A stretch of DNA of 64,000 bases from an uncultured Hyphomicrobiales bacterium (GCA_964544155.1 CAZJAH010000005.1:13420-77419), one strand, 5' to 3'. Positions 36,323 to 46,693 are shown, counted from the first letter of the stretch. Numbers and translations: made by a program. Notes: generated from the letters alone by a model not told the origin.

Positions 36323-38389
36323 TCATGATGAGGGCAGTTCAAAACAGAAAGAACTGCCTTTACCGGGCGTGCTTTCTACTTTAATTTCTCCATCGTGCTT
36401 TTCAATAAATTCTTTGCAGAGTATAAGTCCCAGTCCGGTTCCTTTTTCCTGATTTGTCCCGTCTGTTGTATGGGTTTTATCAAGTCTGAATAGTTTTGCC
36501 AAGTCTTCTTCACTAATGCCGACGCCGGTATCCTGCACACACAGGCCAAGCTTATTTCCATTCTTTTGAGTCTGTCCGATTATGACTTTTCCGCCTTCGC
36601 CGGTAAATTTGACGGCATTTGAAATAAGGTTACGCATGACTGTGGAGATCATATTAGGATCAGCATAGGCATAAGCATCTTCGGGCAATTTGTTTTCAAT
36701 GTCAATTTTTTTTGTTTTAATATTCATCTTCAGAACGTCTAAAACATTAGCTGTTATATTATAAACATTTACATTCTCAGGGCGGTATTCTATCCTGCCG
36801 GTTTGCGAACGCGACCATATAAGCAGATTATTCAGAAGTTCATACAAGCGCTTCGAAGATGTATGAAGTTCATCTAGGAAATCATCCATTTCTTCATGCG
36901 AAAAATCTTTGTAATCATTTTTGAGTACTTCGGCTATGTTGATGAAAGCGCCTAGAGGATTCTTAAGGTCATGAGCTATGATTGAAAAGAATCTGTCTTT
37001 GGTGTCATTCAGAGTTTGGAGGTTATCTCCGTATTCCTTAAGTTTTTGATTTGCTTCATTAAGCTGCCGGTTTTTAATTGCCAGTTCTTTAGAATGCTTT
37101 TTATTTTCTCTTAGCAGCAGGTACAAATTAAATGCTATTATCAATACAAGGGAAATAATAACATATAGAAAGGTTCTGATATTACTTTCGTTTTCCCGGC
37201 TGGCCTTTAGGGCAATGATCTCTTTTTCCTTGTTTTCGGTATCATACATCATTTTCAATTGTTCAAACTGGCGGTTACGCTCGATATTGAAGAGTGTGTC
37301 GCTGATATCGGCAAATTTGTTAAGATAATGAATCGCGGAATCCTTCATATTTTTCTTTACATAAAAGTCAGCTCTGGTTTTATAATAATTTGACAAAGGA
37401 TAAATGTCGCTGTTGTTTTCAAGTATACTGCCGGCGATATCAAGATAGTATTGTGCTGAATCAAGTTTATTTAGATTTACATAATTCATTCCAATATTTG
37501 ATGCGGTAATTGCATGAGTGATATAGTTTTTCATTTTTTTTGAATACCGCATCGATTCCTGTGCTATTTTAAGAGCTTCATCGGTTTCACCCTTTTTGAA
37601 AAGGATATTGCTAATATTGCCTGTAATTTTGGAATAAAAAATAAAATTACTTGCGTCGAGCGTGTATCTCGCGGCTTTTCTGTAATTATTCAAAGCTTCA
37701 TCCCTGTTTCCTTTTTTCTGATGGAGCATTCCGAGATTTGAATATGTACCGGCTAAGCGCGATCTGTGATCAATGACTTTGCCTATTTGAAGAGCTTTGT
37801 TAAAATACTGTTCGGCCCTTTGATAATCTCTGGTTTCATAATAAAGCAAGCCTAAATCATTATAGATCATACCATAGATTTTCAGAGTTTTATAATTATC
37901 CTCATCCGGCGCCCTTAGATCATAATCATCTAAAATATTCTCTATTTCATTTTCAGGATATACTTTCAGTGCTTTGAGAAAAAATTCCATTGAGTGAGTA
38001 TAATGGCCTCTAACCTGCTCTATCAGGGCAAGTTGTGAATAAGTAAATGCTGCGGCCTGTTTATCGTCAATCGATAATGCTGTTTCATTGGCAAGAATCA
38101 GATATTCTGAAGCTTTATTGATGCTGTCTATTGAGTTGTAATTAGCGCCAATATTTGCCAAAGCTTTTATTTCGGCCTTTTTATCACCGGATTCAATGGC
38201 AGCTTTGTATGCTTTTTGGTAAAATTCCTGACTTTTATCAATATTATTACTCGCGTAATAGAGCCCCGAATCCAGCAGAGTGCCTGCGTTAAGGCCGTCT
38301 GATAGCCCTGAGCCGGGGTTTGGATTTTTCTCAGTACAGGATATCAGCGTTATAAATATAACAAGAGAAACAGAAATTCTATAAAACAT
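36323..38389 (-). CDS. TPR-containing membrane sensor histidine kinase
   Basis: Periplasmic TPRs, TM, FFSIIAHDLKNP, RNLISNAVKF, DTGVG, GTGLGL. Confidence 0.92.
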   Translation of the reverse strand: MFYRISVSLVIFITLISCTEKNPNPGSGLSDGLNAGTLLDSGLYYASNNIDKSQEFYQKAYKAAIESGDKKAEIKALANIGANYNSIDSINKASEYLILANETALSIDDKQAAAFTYSQLALIEQVRGHYTHSMEFFLKALKVYPENEIENILDDYDLRAPDEDNYKTLKIYGMIYNDLGLLYYETRDYQRAEQYFNKALQIGKVIDHRSRLAGTYSNLGMLHQKKGNRDEALNNYRKAARYTLDASNFIFYSKITGNISNILFKKGETDEALKIAQESMRYSKKMKNYITHAITASNIGMNYVNLNKLDSAQYYLDIAGSILENNSDIYPLSNYYKTRADFYVKKNMKDSAIHYLNKFADISDTLFNIERNRQFEQLKMMYDTENKEKEIIALKASRENESNIRTFLYVIISLVLIIAFNLYLLLRENKKHSKELAIKNRQLNEANQKLKEYGDNLQTLNDTKDRFFSIIAHDLKNPLGAFINIAEVLKNDYKDFSHEEMDDFLDELHTSSKRLYELLNNLLIWSRSQTGRIEYRPENVNVYNITANVLDVLKMNIKTKKIDIENKLPEDAYAYADPNMISTVMRNLISNAVKFTGEGGKVIIGQTQKNGNKLGLCVQDTGVGISEEDLAKLFRLDKTHTTDGTNQEKGTGLGLILCKEFIEKHDGEIKVESTPGKGSSFCFELPSS

Positions 38390-38487
38390 AGTTTATTAGC
38401 GAAGCAATGAAAAAAACCTGAAATTATGCAATTTTTATCAATAAAAAATAACTTTCAGTTTAATTATCGAAATATTTAAGAAGAAAT

Positions 38488-39537
38488 TTAGTTTGCTAAA
38501 GGTTCGATCATTACGCCTTTTCCCAGAGCCGGTATAATGAACTCATTGAGGCTAATACCCTGTTTGATCAGCTCATCGCGAAGGTCATAAACAGGCTGTA
38601 GGCGCATATCGTCTGCCTGCTGGAATGATCCGAAATGAATACCCATGCTCAGTACCGATTGCAGGTCCCGGTGCGCCATTACAGCTTCCACCGGCGATAC
38701 ATGCACGGGGTACATAAACCACCTGGGAATATAAGCTCCTATAGGTATCATTGAAAAACGAAATTTGCCGTATCTTTCGTTTAACTCACGAAAATGTATG
38801 CCGTAGCCGGTATCTCCCGCGAAGTAAACAGGGCCGCCTTTGGTTTCGAACACAAAGCCGCCCCAGAGGGTTTTATTTCTGTCGCATATTCCCCTGTTCG
38901 AAAAATGCCTGGCTGGCACAAAGCTGTAATCCATGCCTTTAACTGTATGGCTCTGCCACCAGTCAAGCTCAAGAACATTTGTCATCCCCTGTTCAATGAG
39001 ATAGTCCTTATTGCCGAGTCCCGCCACGATCACAGGCTGCCACTTTTCATCGATTTTTTTTAAAGTGCTGATATCCATGTGATCATAATGATTGTGACTA
39101 ATTACTACCAGATCAATTCGGGGAAGATCTTCGAGGCGGATCCCCGGCGGCCTTTTGCGAACAGGGCCGGCGAAAAATACTGGGCTTACTCTATCCGAAT
39201 AGACAGGATCGGTAAGTATATTAACTCCGTCTGCCTGTAAAAGTAATGTTGAATGATTTATATGCGTTACCCTCAGGCTGCCGTCTTCTACTGATTCCGG
39301 AGGCGCGGGCCCGGGTTCGGATTCGATCCAGGGGTGCCATTGCGGCCTTTGCCTTGTAATGAACCAGCCCATAAGATCCCATAAGCTGTGCTTTTTTGTA
39401 TCATCGTAATTAACAAATTCCTCTCCATTAAAATGGCCTGACTCAGGCCCTTCATATTCCGAGCCGGAAAAGGTGCAGCATGAACTCAATAAAATAGAAA
39501 TACCTGTAATTAGTAAGGTGAATTTTACAATTTTCAT
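38488..39537 (-). CDS. MBL-fold hydrolase, NAPE-PLD/RomA-like lipoprotein
   Basis: LSSC lipobox, LTDPV, SHNHYDH, PARHFS, FAGDTGY, PIGAY, IHFG. Confidence 0.88.
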   Translation of the reverse strand: MKIVKFTLLITGISILLSSCCTFSGSEYEGPESGHFNGEEFVNYDDTKKHSLWDLMGWFITRQRPQWHPWIESEPGPAPPESVEDGSLRVTHINHSTLLLQADGVNILTDPVYSDRVSPVFFAGPVRKRPPGIRLEDLPRIDLVVISHNHYDHMDISTLKKIDEKWQPVIVAGLGNKDYLIEQGMTNVLELDWWQSHTVKGMDYSFVPARHFSNRGICDRNKTLWGGFVFETKGGPVYFAGDTGYGIHFRELNERYGKFRFSMIPIGAYIPRWFMYPVHVSPVEAVMAHRDLQSVLSMGIHFGSFQQADDMRLQPVYDLRDELIKQGISLNEFIIPALGKGVMIEPLAN

Positions 39538-39743
39538 AATCTTATTATTGCTTCAACATAATGTAGTTACTAAATGATGACGCAAGCAAAATTTAATTAT
39601 TTAGGTATGCTTAAATTCGAGCCGCGTCACGCCGTATAAAGAGTACCTTTTGGTACAATTTGTTGGTTTAGTGGTTTTTCCATTTGGAATTACTCCTTAA
39701 TTTATTATATTGCTTTTAAACTTATCATATATAAGGTGACAAC

Positions 39744-39938
39744 ATGAAAGAACTTTACAAGCCCTGGACAAAAAAGTGGGTTGACCATGTGTTTCCCGAA
39801 CATAAAGAAGAGATGCAGAAAGTCGGCGAAGCATACGCTAAGGCAGTCGAAAGAGACATGCCTAACGCATCGGATGAAAAGAAGCTTAATGAATTTCGCG
39901 TACGTATGAATTTTCATGCCCGGGCCGTTTTGTATTAG
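39744..39938 (+). CDS. Small hypothetical protein (64 aa)
   Basis: AAGGTG SD-like element before ATG, protein-like helical composition, fills an otherwise empty gap. Confidence 0.55.
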   Translation: MKELYKPWTKKWVDHVFPEHKEEMQKVGEAYAKAVERDMPNASDEKKLNEFRVRMNFHARAVLY

Positions 39939-40088
39939 TTTATGCCAATTCTAAACCTTTGTTGAGGATCATTAACAAGAAGCTTTTTTTTTGAGCTGAA
40001 ATGACGTAAAGATTAATAATAAGGAAACAAGGATAGCTTTCTTACGTATAATTCGCAAATATTTAATTGCAAATTATAGAGGTTTTGA

Positions 40089-40787
40089 ATGATAAGAGCA
40101 GTGCTTGTAATTTCTTTAATGATTTTCATTTCCGGATGTGACCCGGATGACGACTGCATAAGCGGAAATGGTAATTATGTGGTAGAAGAATACCGGCCGG
40201 GATATTTTGAAAATGTCAGCAATCCCTTTTCAGGGTCTGTCAGGCTTAAATCAGGTGATAGCAAAGTAAAAGTAAGCGCTGAAAGCAATCTGATTCATTA
40301 CCTGGATATCCGCGCCGAAGGCGTTGATTTAAGGCTTGGCAGTGATGACATTTGCTTTAGCAGCCACGGAATAGACTTTACTTTTTATTCTCCGGCTTAT
40401 AAAGTACTTAACAATAATGGCAGCGCTGACTGGACTTCGGATTATCTGGAATTAGATCCGGTTATTATTTCGAATGGATCGGGCGATATCGAGCTTACTG
40501 GAGAATCGGATGAGCAGGATATCCGTTCTGCAGGATCGGGCGATATTGACCTTCGTAAAATGCCGGCAAATTCTGTTGATATCGAAGTAAACGGTTCCGG
40601 TGATGTAAGCGTAATCGCGCGCGAATATGCTGAAGTAAAAATTAACGGCTCAGGTGATGTATCCATTGACAGCCTTTCGGGCATATTGAAGGTATTCATC
40701 AATGGCAGTGGTGATCTGTATTACAGCGGCAGTCCTGCCGAAAGTCATATCACCACAAACGGTTCGGGCAGAGTATACAGAAAATAA
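40089..40787 (+). CDS. DUF2807 (GIN-domain) beta-helical lipoprotein
   Basis: ISGC lipobox, CISGNG, repeated NGSGD units. Confidence 0.85.
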   Translation: MIRAVLVISLMIFISGCDPDDDCISGNGNYVVEEYRPGYFENVSNPFSGSVRLKSGDSKVKVSAESNLIHYLDIRAEGVDLRLGSDDICFSSHGIDFTFYSPAYKVLNNNGSADWTSDYLELDPVIISNGSGDIELTGESDEQDIRSAGSGDIDLRKMPANSVDIEVNGSGDVSVIAREYAEVKINGSGDVSIDSLSGILKVFINGSGDLYYSGSPAESHITTNGSGRVYRK

Positions 40788-40800
40788 TTTATATTAAACA

Positions 40801-40832
40801 AAAATGCCGCGATGATTATAACGCGGCATTTT
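40801..40832. terminator. Bidirectional terminator between convergent genes
   Basis: AAAATGCCGCG...CGCGGCATTTT. Confidence 0.8.
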
Positions 40833-40852
40833 CGCATAGCTTTTCTGTCTGA

Positions 40853-41569
40853 CTACTCTTCATGAACCTGGTAGTTCTTTGACGCTTCCTCCCAGTTAAC
40901 AACATTCCACCAATTATCAATATATTCGCCGCGTTTATTCTGGTACTTAAGGTAATAGGCGTGTTCCCAGACATCAAGGCAGATCAGGGGAACGGAGTCC
41001 TGCGTGAAGTATTTTTCATGGTTATGCACGGCAAAGATAACGAGCCGGTTATCTCTCGGCCTGTGCGCGAGAATGCCCCAACCGCTGCCCTGCACTGTTT
41101 TGGCGGCCGCTCTGAACTGCGCCTTCATATTATCGAAACTTCCGAAGTCATTATTTATCTTCTGAGCGAGTATGCCTATAGGGCTTCCGCCGCCATTCGG
41201 TGACATAACAGACCAGAACAGCCTGTGCAGATAGTCACCGGCGCCGTTAAATGCAAGCTGGCGCGTCCAGTGCCCGGCCATGGAATAATCGCCTGTTACT
41301 CTCATTTTTGCTAATGCTTCTTCGGCTTTGTTCAATCCGTTTACGTAACCCTGGTGGTGCATATCGTGATGCAGGCGCATGGTCTGCGCGTCTATGTATG
41401 GTTCAAGGGCGTCATAATCATAAGGTAGGGGCATTAATTCGTGTTTAGTTACTCTGCCGCCTTCATTTGATTGGGAATAAAGTTTGGAGCTCCCTGCTCC
41501 ACCTCCTACCATTGCCGCGGCAGTAAGGCCTCCTGCTGCCGCAAGGAAATTACGTCGTTTTGAATCCAT
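40853..41569 (-). CDS. sod: Fe/Mn superoxide dismutase with a twin-arginine signal peptide
   Basis: SKRRNFL Tat motif, LPYDYDALEP, HHDMHH, LHRLFW, DVWEHAYY; ATG at 41569 preferred over 41602. Confidence 0.92.
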   Translation of the reverse strand: MDSKRRNFLAAAGGLTAAAMVGGGAGSSKLYSQSNEGGRVTKHELMPLPYDYDALEPYIDAQTMRLHHDMHHQGYVNGLNKAEEALAKMRVTGDYSMAGHWTRQLAFNGAGDYLHRLFWSVMSPNGGGSPIGILAQKINNDFGSFDNMKAQFRAAAKTVQGSGWGILAHRPRDNRLVIFAVHNHEKYFTQDSVPLICLDVWEHAYYLKYQNKRGEYIDNWWNVVNWEEASKNYQVHEE

Positions 41570-41646
41570 AGAATACTCCGGTGAATATGAATAATTTTTC
41601 ACCGAAATATATGAAATTTTGCGGATTATTAAAAATTTATTAATTA

Positions 41647-42162
41647 CTAGTCGAAATAAAATTCCGAAAGGTCGTCAAACCTCAGGTTTGTCACGATCCA
41701 TCCTCTTTCAGGCGATCTGTAATAGGTAAAAATCCATCTGACCGGATAATCGGCATGAAGCCCGAGATAGTGCAGCTTAAAGAATGAATCCGTTACCCTC
41801 TCAGCCATAACAGGCTCAAAATCGAGAAGGCTGCCGTAGACTTCCATGGCTTTTTCAGTTTCAGCGATAAGCCTCCTGATTTTGTCCTTTTTCTCGGATA
41901 GAGGGCTCAGGTTGAGAATCTTGTCGTAAGCTTCGAAAATTTTTTCATCTCGAATGAGGTTAAAAAAGCGTTTTATTTTGATATTAAGCTCTTCGGGAGC
42001 TTCACCGGCGGCAATTGCTTCGCCCATATCAACGGCGCCCTGGGCTCTATCCTGTGCCATGACTTTTACTGTAGTAAATAAAAGTAAAGCTATAATTGTT
42101 ATCCTGAATATTGCCATATCATTATCCCGAAATTTTTTAAAACTCTTTTTTTTTGAACTCAT
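41647..42162 (-). CDS. Hypothetical exported protein
   Basis: Long ORF, signal-peptide-like segment from the alternative start at 42117 (MAIFRITIIALLLF...VMAQ). Confidence 0.65.
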   Translation of the reverse strand: MSSKKKSFKKFRDNDMAIFRITIIALLLFTTVKVMAQDRAQGAVDMGEAIAAGEAPEELNIKIKRFFNLIRDEKIFEAYDKILNLSPLSEKKDKIRRLIAETEKAMEVYGSLLDFEPVMAERVTDSFFKLHYLGLHADYPVRWIFTYYRSPERGWIVTNLRFDDLSEFYFD

Positions 42163-42176
42163 TTTTTTATAAGCGC

Positions 42177-42932
42177 TTATAATCCGGCTATCCGGCGCAG
42201 CTTGGTTATCTCTTTTCTGTTAAGGTACCGGTATTGGCCTCTTTTCATGCCTTTGGTAGTTAATGACGCAAAAATTTCGCGGTCAAGCTGCTTAACCTTA
42301 TACCCGAAATGAGCGAAAATATTCTTCACTTCGTGATTTTTACCTTCGATAAGGGTTATGGTCACCTTCGACTTATCGTCAGGATTAATAAAAACTTCAC
42401 AGGGAGATGTGATCATATCTTCAAGTTCCACTCCTTTGGCAATCTCGGCTGCATGATTGAATTGCAGTTCTTTATCAAGCAGGACTTTGTAAACGCGGGG
42501 TATCTTGTATCTCGGGTGGGTAAGCCTCTGGGTAAGCTCACCGTCGTTGGTGAGCAAAAGTACTCCTGTTGTGTTTCTGTCCAGCCTTCCTACGGGGAAT
42601 AGCCTCTCCTTCCTTTTAACAATGTCGAGAACTGTCTTACGGTTCAGTTCGTCATCAGTTGTAGAGATATGGTCTTTGGGCTTATTTAGCAGTATATAAA
42701 TATTATTCTTGTCTTCCTTAACAGGGTTTCCGTTAACTGTAACTAGGTCTCCGGGATGAACTCTGGCGCCCATTTCGGTGACTTTTTTTCCGTTGATCTT
42801 AACAACGCCCTTGGCTATAAGCTCGTCTGCTTTACGGCGCGAAGTTAGCCCGGAATCCGCTATATACTTATTAAGCCTGACTTCCTGCTTATCTGGCTCA
42901 ATAATTTTTCTGCCGAATCTTCTCTTCTTCAT
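42177..42932 (-). CDS. rluB: RsuA/RluB-family pseudouridine synthase
   Basis: S4 domain RLNKYIADSGLTSRRKAD, LNKP, PVGRLDRNTTGVLLLTNDG, EGKNHEVK. Confidence 0.9.
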   Translation of the reverse strand: MKKRRFGRKIIEPDKQEVRLNKYIADSGLTSRRKADELIAKGVVKINGKKVTEMGARVHPGDLVTVNGNPVKEDKNNIYILLNKPKDHISTTDDELNRKTVLDIVKRKERLFPVGRLDRNTTGVLLLTNDGELTQRLTHPRYKIPRVYKVLLDKELQFNHAAEIAKGVELEDMITSPCEVFINPDDKSKVTITLIEGKNHEVKNIFAHFGYKVKQLDREIFASLTTKGMKRGQYRYLNRKEITKLRRIAGL

Positions 42933-42994
42933 TATCCTTTTAAACCGCTATTACAAATTGATTAGAGAAGTATCTAAGGCCTTAATATTATAAT

Positions 42995-43150
42995 CTATAC
43001 TTCCGGATTCTCTTCAAAAATTTTATTATCTTCTTCGAGATCGACTTTAGCTGTCATTACCTTATAGACGCAGAATCCTGTAAGAGCAAATACGCTTCCC
43101 CAGGCAATTATCAGGAAGATTATTCCTTCGGTTGTTAAATGTTCGAACAT
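42995..43150 (-). CDS. Small single-TM peptide (51 aa), MetS-like NSS transporter small subunit
   Basis: Manual translation MFEHLTTEGIIFLIIAWGSVFALTGFCVYKVMTAKVDLEEDNKIFEENPEV; GGGAG SD; 15 bp downstream of the NSS gene; below the ORF track cutoff. Confidence 0.7.
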   Translation of the reverse strand: MFEHLTTEGIIFLIIAWGSVFALTGFCVYKVMTAKVDLEEDNKIFEENPEV

Positions 43151-43165
43151 ATTCAAGGCTCCCGG

Positions 43166-44728
43166 TTATTTATTTATAAAATGTTCGTATGTCGGTTTAT
43201 TTCTTTTCCATGCAACTGCTATCATAATAAGCAGTCCCACTGCCAGCAGAAACATGAATGCACGGGCGGCCCAGCGGTAGGGAACATCTTCCGCGGCTAC
43301 GCCTTCCATCATGAGTACTCCGATCGCGTCCTGATAAGTCCAGAATACAAGTATTAATATAAGGTATATCGGTGTTACCCATTTGATTATATAATAGAAA
43401 AATTTTGGAACTTTTATATCAGCGCCGTGGTTAATTTCAATCCAGGCCTTATCCATTCCGAAAAGCCAGGCAAATACAATTACTTCAACCAAAGCCACAA
43501 TAACAAGGCCGAATGTACCCGCCCAGTAATCCAGCTCTTCAAGAAATCCGTACTGAAGGAATAACACAACAAGGTTTACGGAAATAAAGACAAGTATGCC
43601 TATTGCTATAGTTGCTTTTTTATGGCTGAAATTAAACTGCTCTTTTAAGAATGATATCATAGGCTGGGCCATGGCCACGGATGAAGTTATCCCCGCAAAA
43701 AAGAGCAGGAAAAACCAGAGGAATCCGATAAATTCCCCAAAGGGTATCTTTTGGAATATAATTGCCATCGAGACAAATCCCAGGTTGTAAGCTCCGCCCT
43801 CGGCTATCTGCTGAGTCATGGCCACTCCGAAGAAAGCCACGGCAACCGGAATTGCTATTGTTCCTCCGAGAACGACTTCTGTAAATTCATTCAGGGTAGC
43901 AGTGGAAAGCCCCGAGAGAACAATATCGTTATTCTCACGGAGATAGCTGGCGTAAGCCTGAAGAGTCCCCATTCCCACACTCAGAGTAAAGAATACCTGC
44001 CCGGCCGCGGCAAGCCATATCTTTGAATCGCTCAGCAGCTCGAATTTGGGATTCCATATAAAAGCAAAACCTTTACCTGTACTCCAGTCAGGATGTACAT
44101 ATGGATCGGGCGTGCCGATAGTAAATACCCATACAGCCAAAACGGCACCAAAAAGTAAAAGCATGGGCATGGCTATTTTGGCGAATATCTCTATGCCCTT
44201 GCTCAGGCCGCGCAACAGCACATAGAAATTCAGAGCTAATGTTATTAACAGGAATAAATACGCGGTTTGCAGTCCACTGAAGTATCCGTTTTCTTCACCC
44301 TGATAGCTTGTAAGAAAGGAACTCATATCGTTTAGCGAAGCCAATCCGAAGTACTGTTTGGTAATTGAAAAAAAGCTGAAGCCCAGGCACCAGGATTCAA
44401 TGTAAGTGTAATATATCATTATAATGGTAGATACAAAAAGCCCGACCATACCGAGGTATTTGGCGGCGGGGTTATTCCATAGAGAATCGAGCATACCGGG
44501 CAGGCTGCCATGATTGTATTTGCCGCCGTGCCTTCCGATGGCCCATTCTACCCACATAAGCGGTATGGCCAGTAAAATAAACGCGATAAAATATGGTATC
44601 ATAAAAGCGCCGCCACCATTTTGCGCGGCTTGTACAGGAAACCTCAGGAAATTGCCCAGGCCGACCGCGTTACCTGCCATAGCCAGTATCAGGCCAATAC
44701 GGCTTCCCCATTGTTCACGCTGTTCCAT
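43166..44728 (-). CDS. Sodium-dependent amino acid transporter, NSS family (LeuT-like)
   Basis: REQWGSRIGLILAMAGNAVGLGNFLRFPVQAAQNGGGAFMIPY, AAGQVFFTLSVG, YASY, FFAGITSS. Confidence 0.95.
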   Translation of the reverse strand: MEQREQWGSRIGLILAMAGNAVGLGNFLRFPVQAAQNGGGAFMIPYFIAFILLAIPLMWVEWAIGRHGGKYNHGSLPGMLDSLWNNPAAKYLGMVGLFVSTIIMIYYTYIESWCLGFSFFSITKQYFGLASLNDMSSFLTSYQGEENGYFSGLQTAYLFLLITLALNFYVLLRGLSKGIEIFAKIAMPMLLLFGAVLAVWVFTIGTPDPYVHPDWSTGKGFAFIWNPKFELLSDSKIWLAAAGQVFFTLSVGMGTLQAYASYLRENNDIVLSGLSTATLNEFTEVVLGGTIAIPVAVAFFGVAMTQQIAEGGAYNLGFVSMAIIFQKIPFGEFIGFLWFFLLFFAGITSSVAMAQPMISFLKEQFNFSHKKATIAIGILVFISVNLVVLFLQYGFLEELDYWAGTFGLVIVALVEVIVFAWLFGMDKAWIEINHGADIKVPKFFYYIIKWVTPIYLILILVFWTYQDAIGVLMMEGVAAEDVPYRWAARAFMFLLAVGLLIMIAVAWKRNKPTYEHFINK

Positions 44729-45083
44729 TTATCAATGCCCCTCTAATCGGTTTCAACATGAATTGGACATCAAATAAACCGGATACAATGAAAAATAAAT
44801 ACAGAATAGGGCTGAAGTCTATTCTTCATGCTGCTTTTTTAAGTATGCCGGAATATTAATGTAAGTACAAAGGTAACAAAAAAATTTAACAGACTGTTAA
44901 TTAATTTCAAAACTTTTATGATTTCACTTGTTTTTTTCATTAACCATAGATTAGCGCCCCTGCCTTTCATTAATCTTTCATCAAAAAATAATTTTTAGAT
45001 AAGTTAATAAATATTTAATTTAATGTTAGCGTACAGTTAAGAAATATCTTTTTATTTAGTAAAATTAATAATTGAGAAAAGTT

Positions 45084-46646
45084 ATGAAAAAAATTCTCCC
45101 ATTTCTGATCGTATTAATCATATTTGGATGTGATGAAGACAATCCTGCAAATGTCAGGCAAGCTAAACAAATCGAATTATCAGAATTTACCGAATCAAGT
45201 ATTCATACCGAGCTAAACAAATTCGAAATAGCTCCTTTAACAGTCAATATTTCAGTTTGGGGTAAGATTGATGCCATGCTTGAACTCCGCGTTATCGATG
45301 ATATGGATAAAAGAGTGCAAAAAGAATCAGTTATAGCTGATGATACAACAGAGTTTACTTTTCTTGGCCTCTTCCCTGGAAAGGAGAATTTTATCGAACT
45401 GAAATTCATCAGGGGTAACGGAGATTACGCTCTTGATACCGTTTCGGTTACGACCGATCCCCTGCCAGAATTTATGCCCGACGTTAGTATTGTTACTCCG
45501 GGATCAGATAATATTGAACCCGGCTGGAATTTATGCAATTTCAGCATTCGTGAGAATAACACACATCATTCATATCCTTATGCCTTCGATAAATACGGTA
45601 ATGTCCGCTGGTATATGGATGTAAACTTCTATAATAACTTTGTATTCCCAATCGAACTGACCCCTGATAAAACCCTGCTATTCGGATATGGCAATTATAT
45701 CTGGGAAGCAGATCTTTCCGGTGAGATAGTCAAAGAAATTCACCTGCCCGAAGTAGGGAACATACATCACGACATAATCAAACTGGATAACGGCAATTAT
45801 ATAGTATCTGTAGCCATGGGAGGAACAGTAATTGACTCAAGCGGCAATACAATTGAAACTATGGATGACAATGTTATAGAAGTTGATCAAAGCGGCGCTA
45901 TTCTGACGACCTGGGATCTCAGGGAAATTCTTGATATAGACAGGTATGATATAGTACAAAACCCTCAAGACTGGTTCCATATGAATGCTATTGCTTATGA
46001 TGCTTCCGATCATAGCCTGATTATTTCGGGCAGGCATCAGGGAGTTATTAAAGTTGACTGGAATAATAATTTAAAATGGATCATGTCCCCTCACAGGGGA
46101 TGGGGTAAATCAGGAAGGGACGGAACCGGGCCCGACACAAAGCCTTATCTTCTGACAGCAGTTGACGGAGCCGCTAATCCATACAATGAAAATGTACAGT
46201 CAGGAACTGAGAATATCAGTGAATTTGAATGGCCATGGGGACAGCATGATCCTGAACTTCTTCCTAACGGCAATATAATTATATTCGATAACGGCACAAA
46301 CAGAAACTTCGGTATGTTCGATCAAAATACGAATTATTCCAGGATGGTAGAATATAAGATCGATGAAGAAAACATGACAATCCATCAGGTGTGGTCTTAT
46401 GGCAGGGAAAGAGGAAATGAACTCTTTTCTCCTATAGTAAGCGCGGTATCATATCTGCCGGAAACACAGAATTATTTGTTCGTACCCGGTGTACTTAATA
46501 ATTTTAACGAAGCCGGAATTATTGAGATAGAACCGGCTACCAAGCAGGTAGTCTTCGAAGCCAGAATGCTGATCAAACATCTTTACGGAAGCAACGACTG
46601 GGGTAATTTTGATCTTACTTACAGGATTACAAGAGTAAAAATCTAA
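45084..46646 (+). CDS. Aryl-sulfate sulfotransferase (ASST family) lipoprotein
   Basis: IFGC lipobox, GNVRWY, IHHD, DWFHMNA, ISGRHQ, WGQHD, FDNG, YSRMVEYKID. Confidence 0.85.
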   Translation: MKKILPFLIVLIIFGCDEDNPANVRQAKQIELSEFTESSIHTELNKFEIAPLTVNISVWGKIDAMLELRVIDDMDKRVQKESVIADDTTEFTFLGLFPGKENFIELKFIRGNGDYALDTVSVTTDPLPEFMPDVSIVTPGSDNIEPGWNLCNFSIRENNTHHSYPYAFDKYGNVRWYMDVNFYNNFVFPIELTPDKTLLFGYGNYIWEADLSGEIVKEIHLPEVGNIHHDIIKLDNGNYIVSVAMGGTVIDSSGNTIETMDDNVIEVDQSGAILTTWDLREILDIDRYDIVQNPQDWFHMNAIAYDASDHSLIISGRHQGVIKVDWNNNLKWIMSPHRGWGKSGRDGTGPDTKPYLLTAVDGAANPYNENVQSGTENISEFEWPWGQHDPELLPNGNIIIFDNGTNRNFGMFDQNTNYSRMVEYKIDEENMTIHQVWSYGRERGNELFSPIVSAVSYLPETQNYLFVPGVLNNFNEAGIIEIEPATKQVVFEARMLIKHLYGSNDWGNFDLTYRITRVKI

Positions 46647-46693
46647 AAAAATTTAAATCAGGCTTAAACTAAGCCCCTACCTTATTAAAAATC

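Noticed and set aside
38488-39537. Metallo-beta-lactamase resistance gene
   Set aside because: The motifs fit the NAPE-PLD/RomA-like subfamily, not class B beta-lactamases.
40470-40770. Repeated GG(A/T/C)TC(G/C/A)GG-type DNA motifs
   Set aside because: Explained by the NGSGD protein repeats of the DUF2807 domain.
43139-43357. Plus-strand ORF beginning MFEH, mirroring the minus-strand MFEH peptide
   Set aside because: It results from the 12-bp palindrome ATGTTCGAACAT, is antisense to the NSS gene and lacks an SD.
44994-45009. TTTAGATAAGTTAATA resembling the DtxR-like box upstream of the sulfotransferase
   Set aside because: The right half-site is poor and the region is very AT-rich; not supportable without a PWM.
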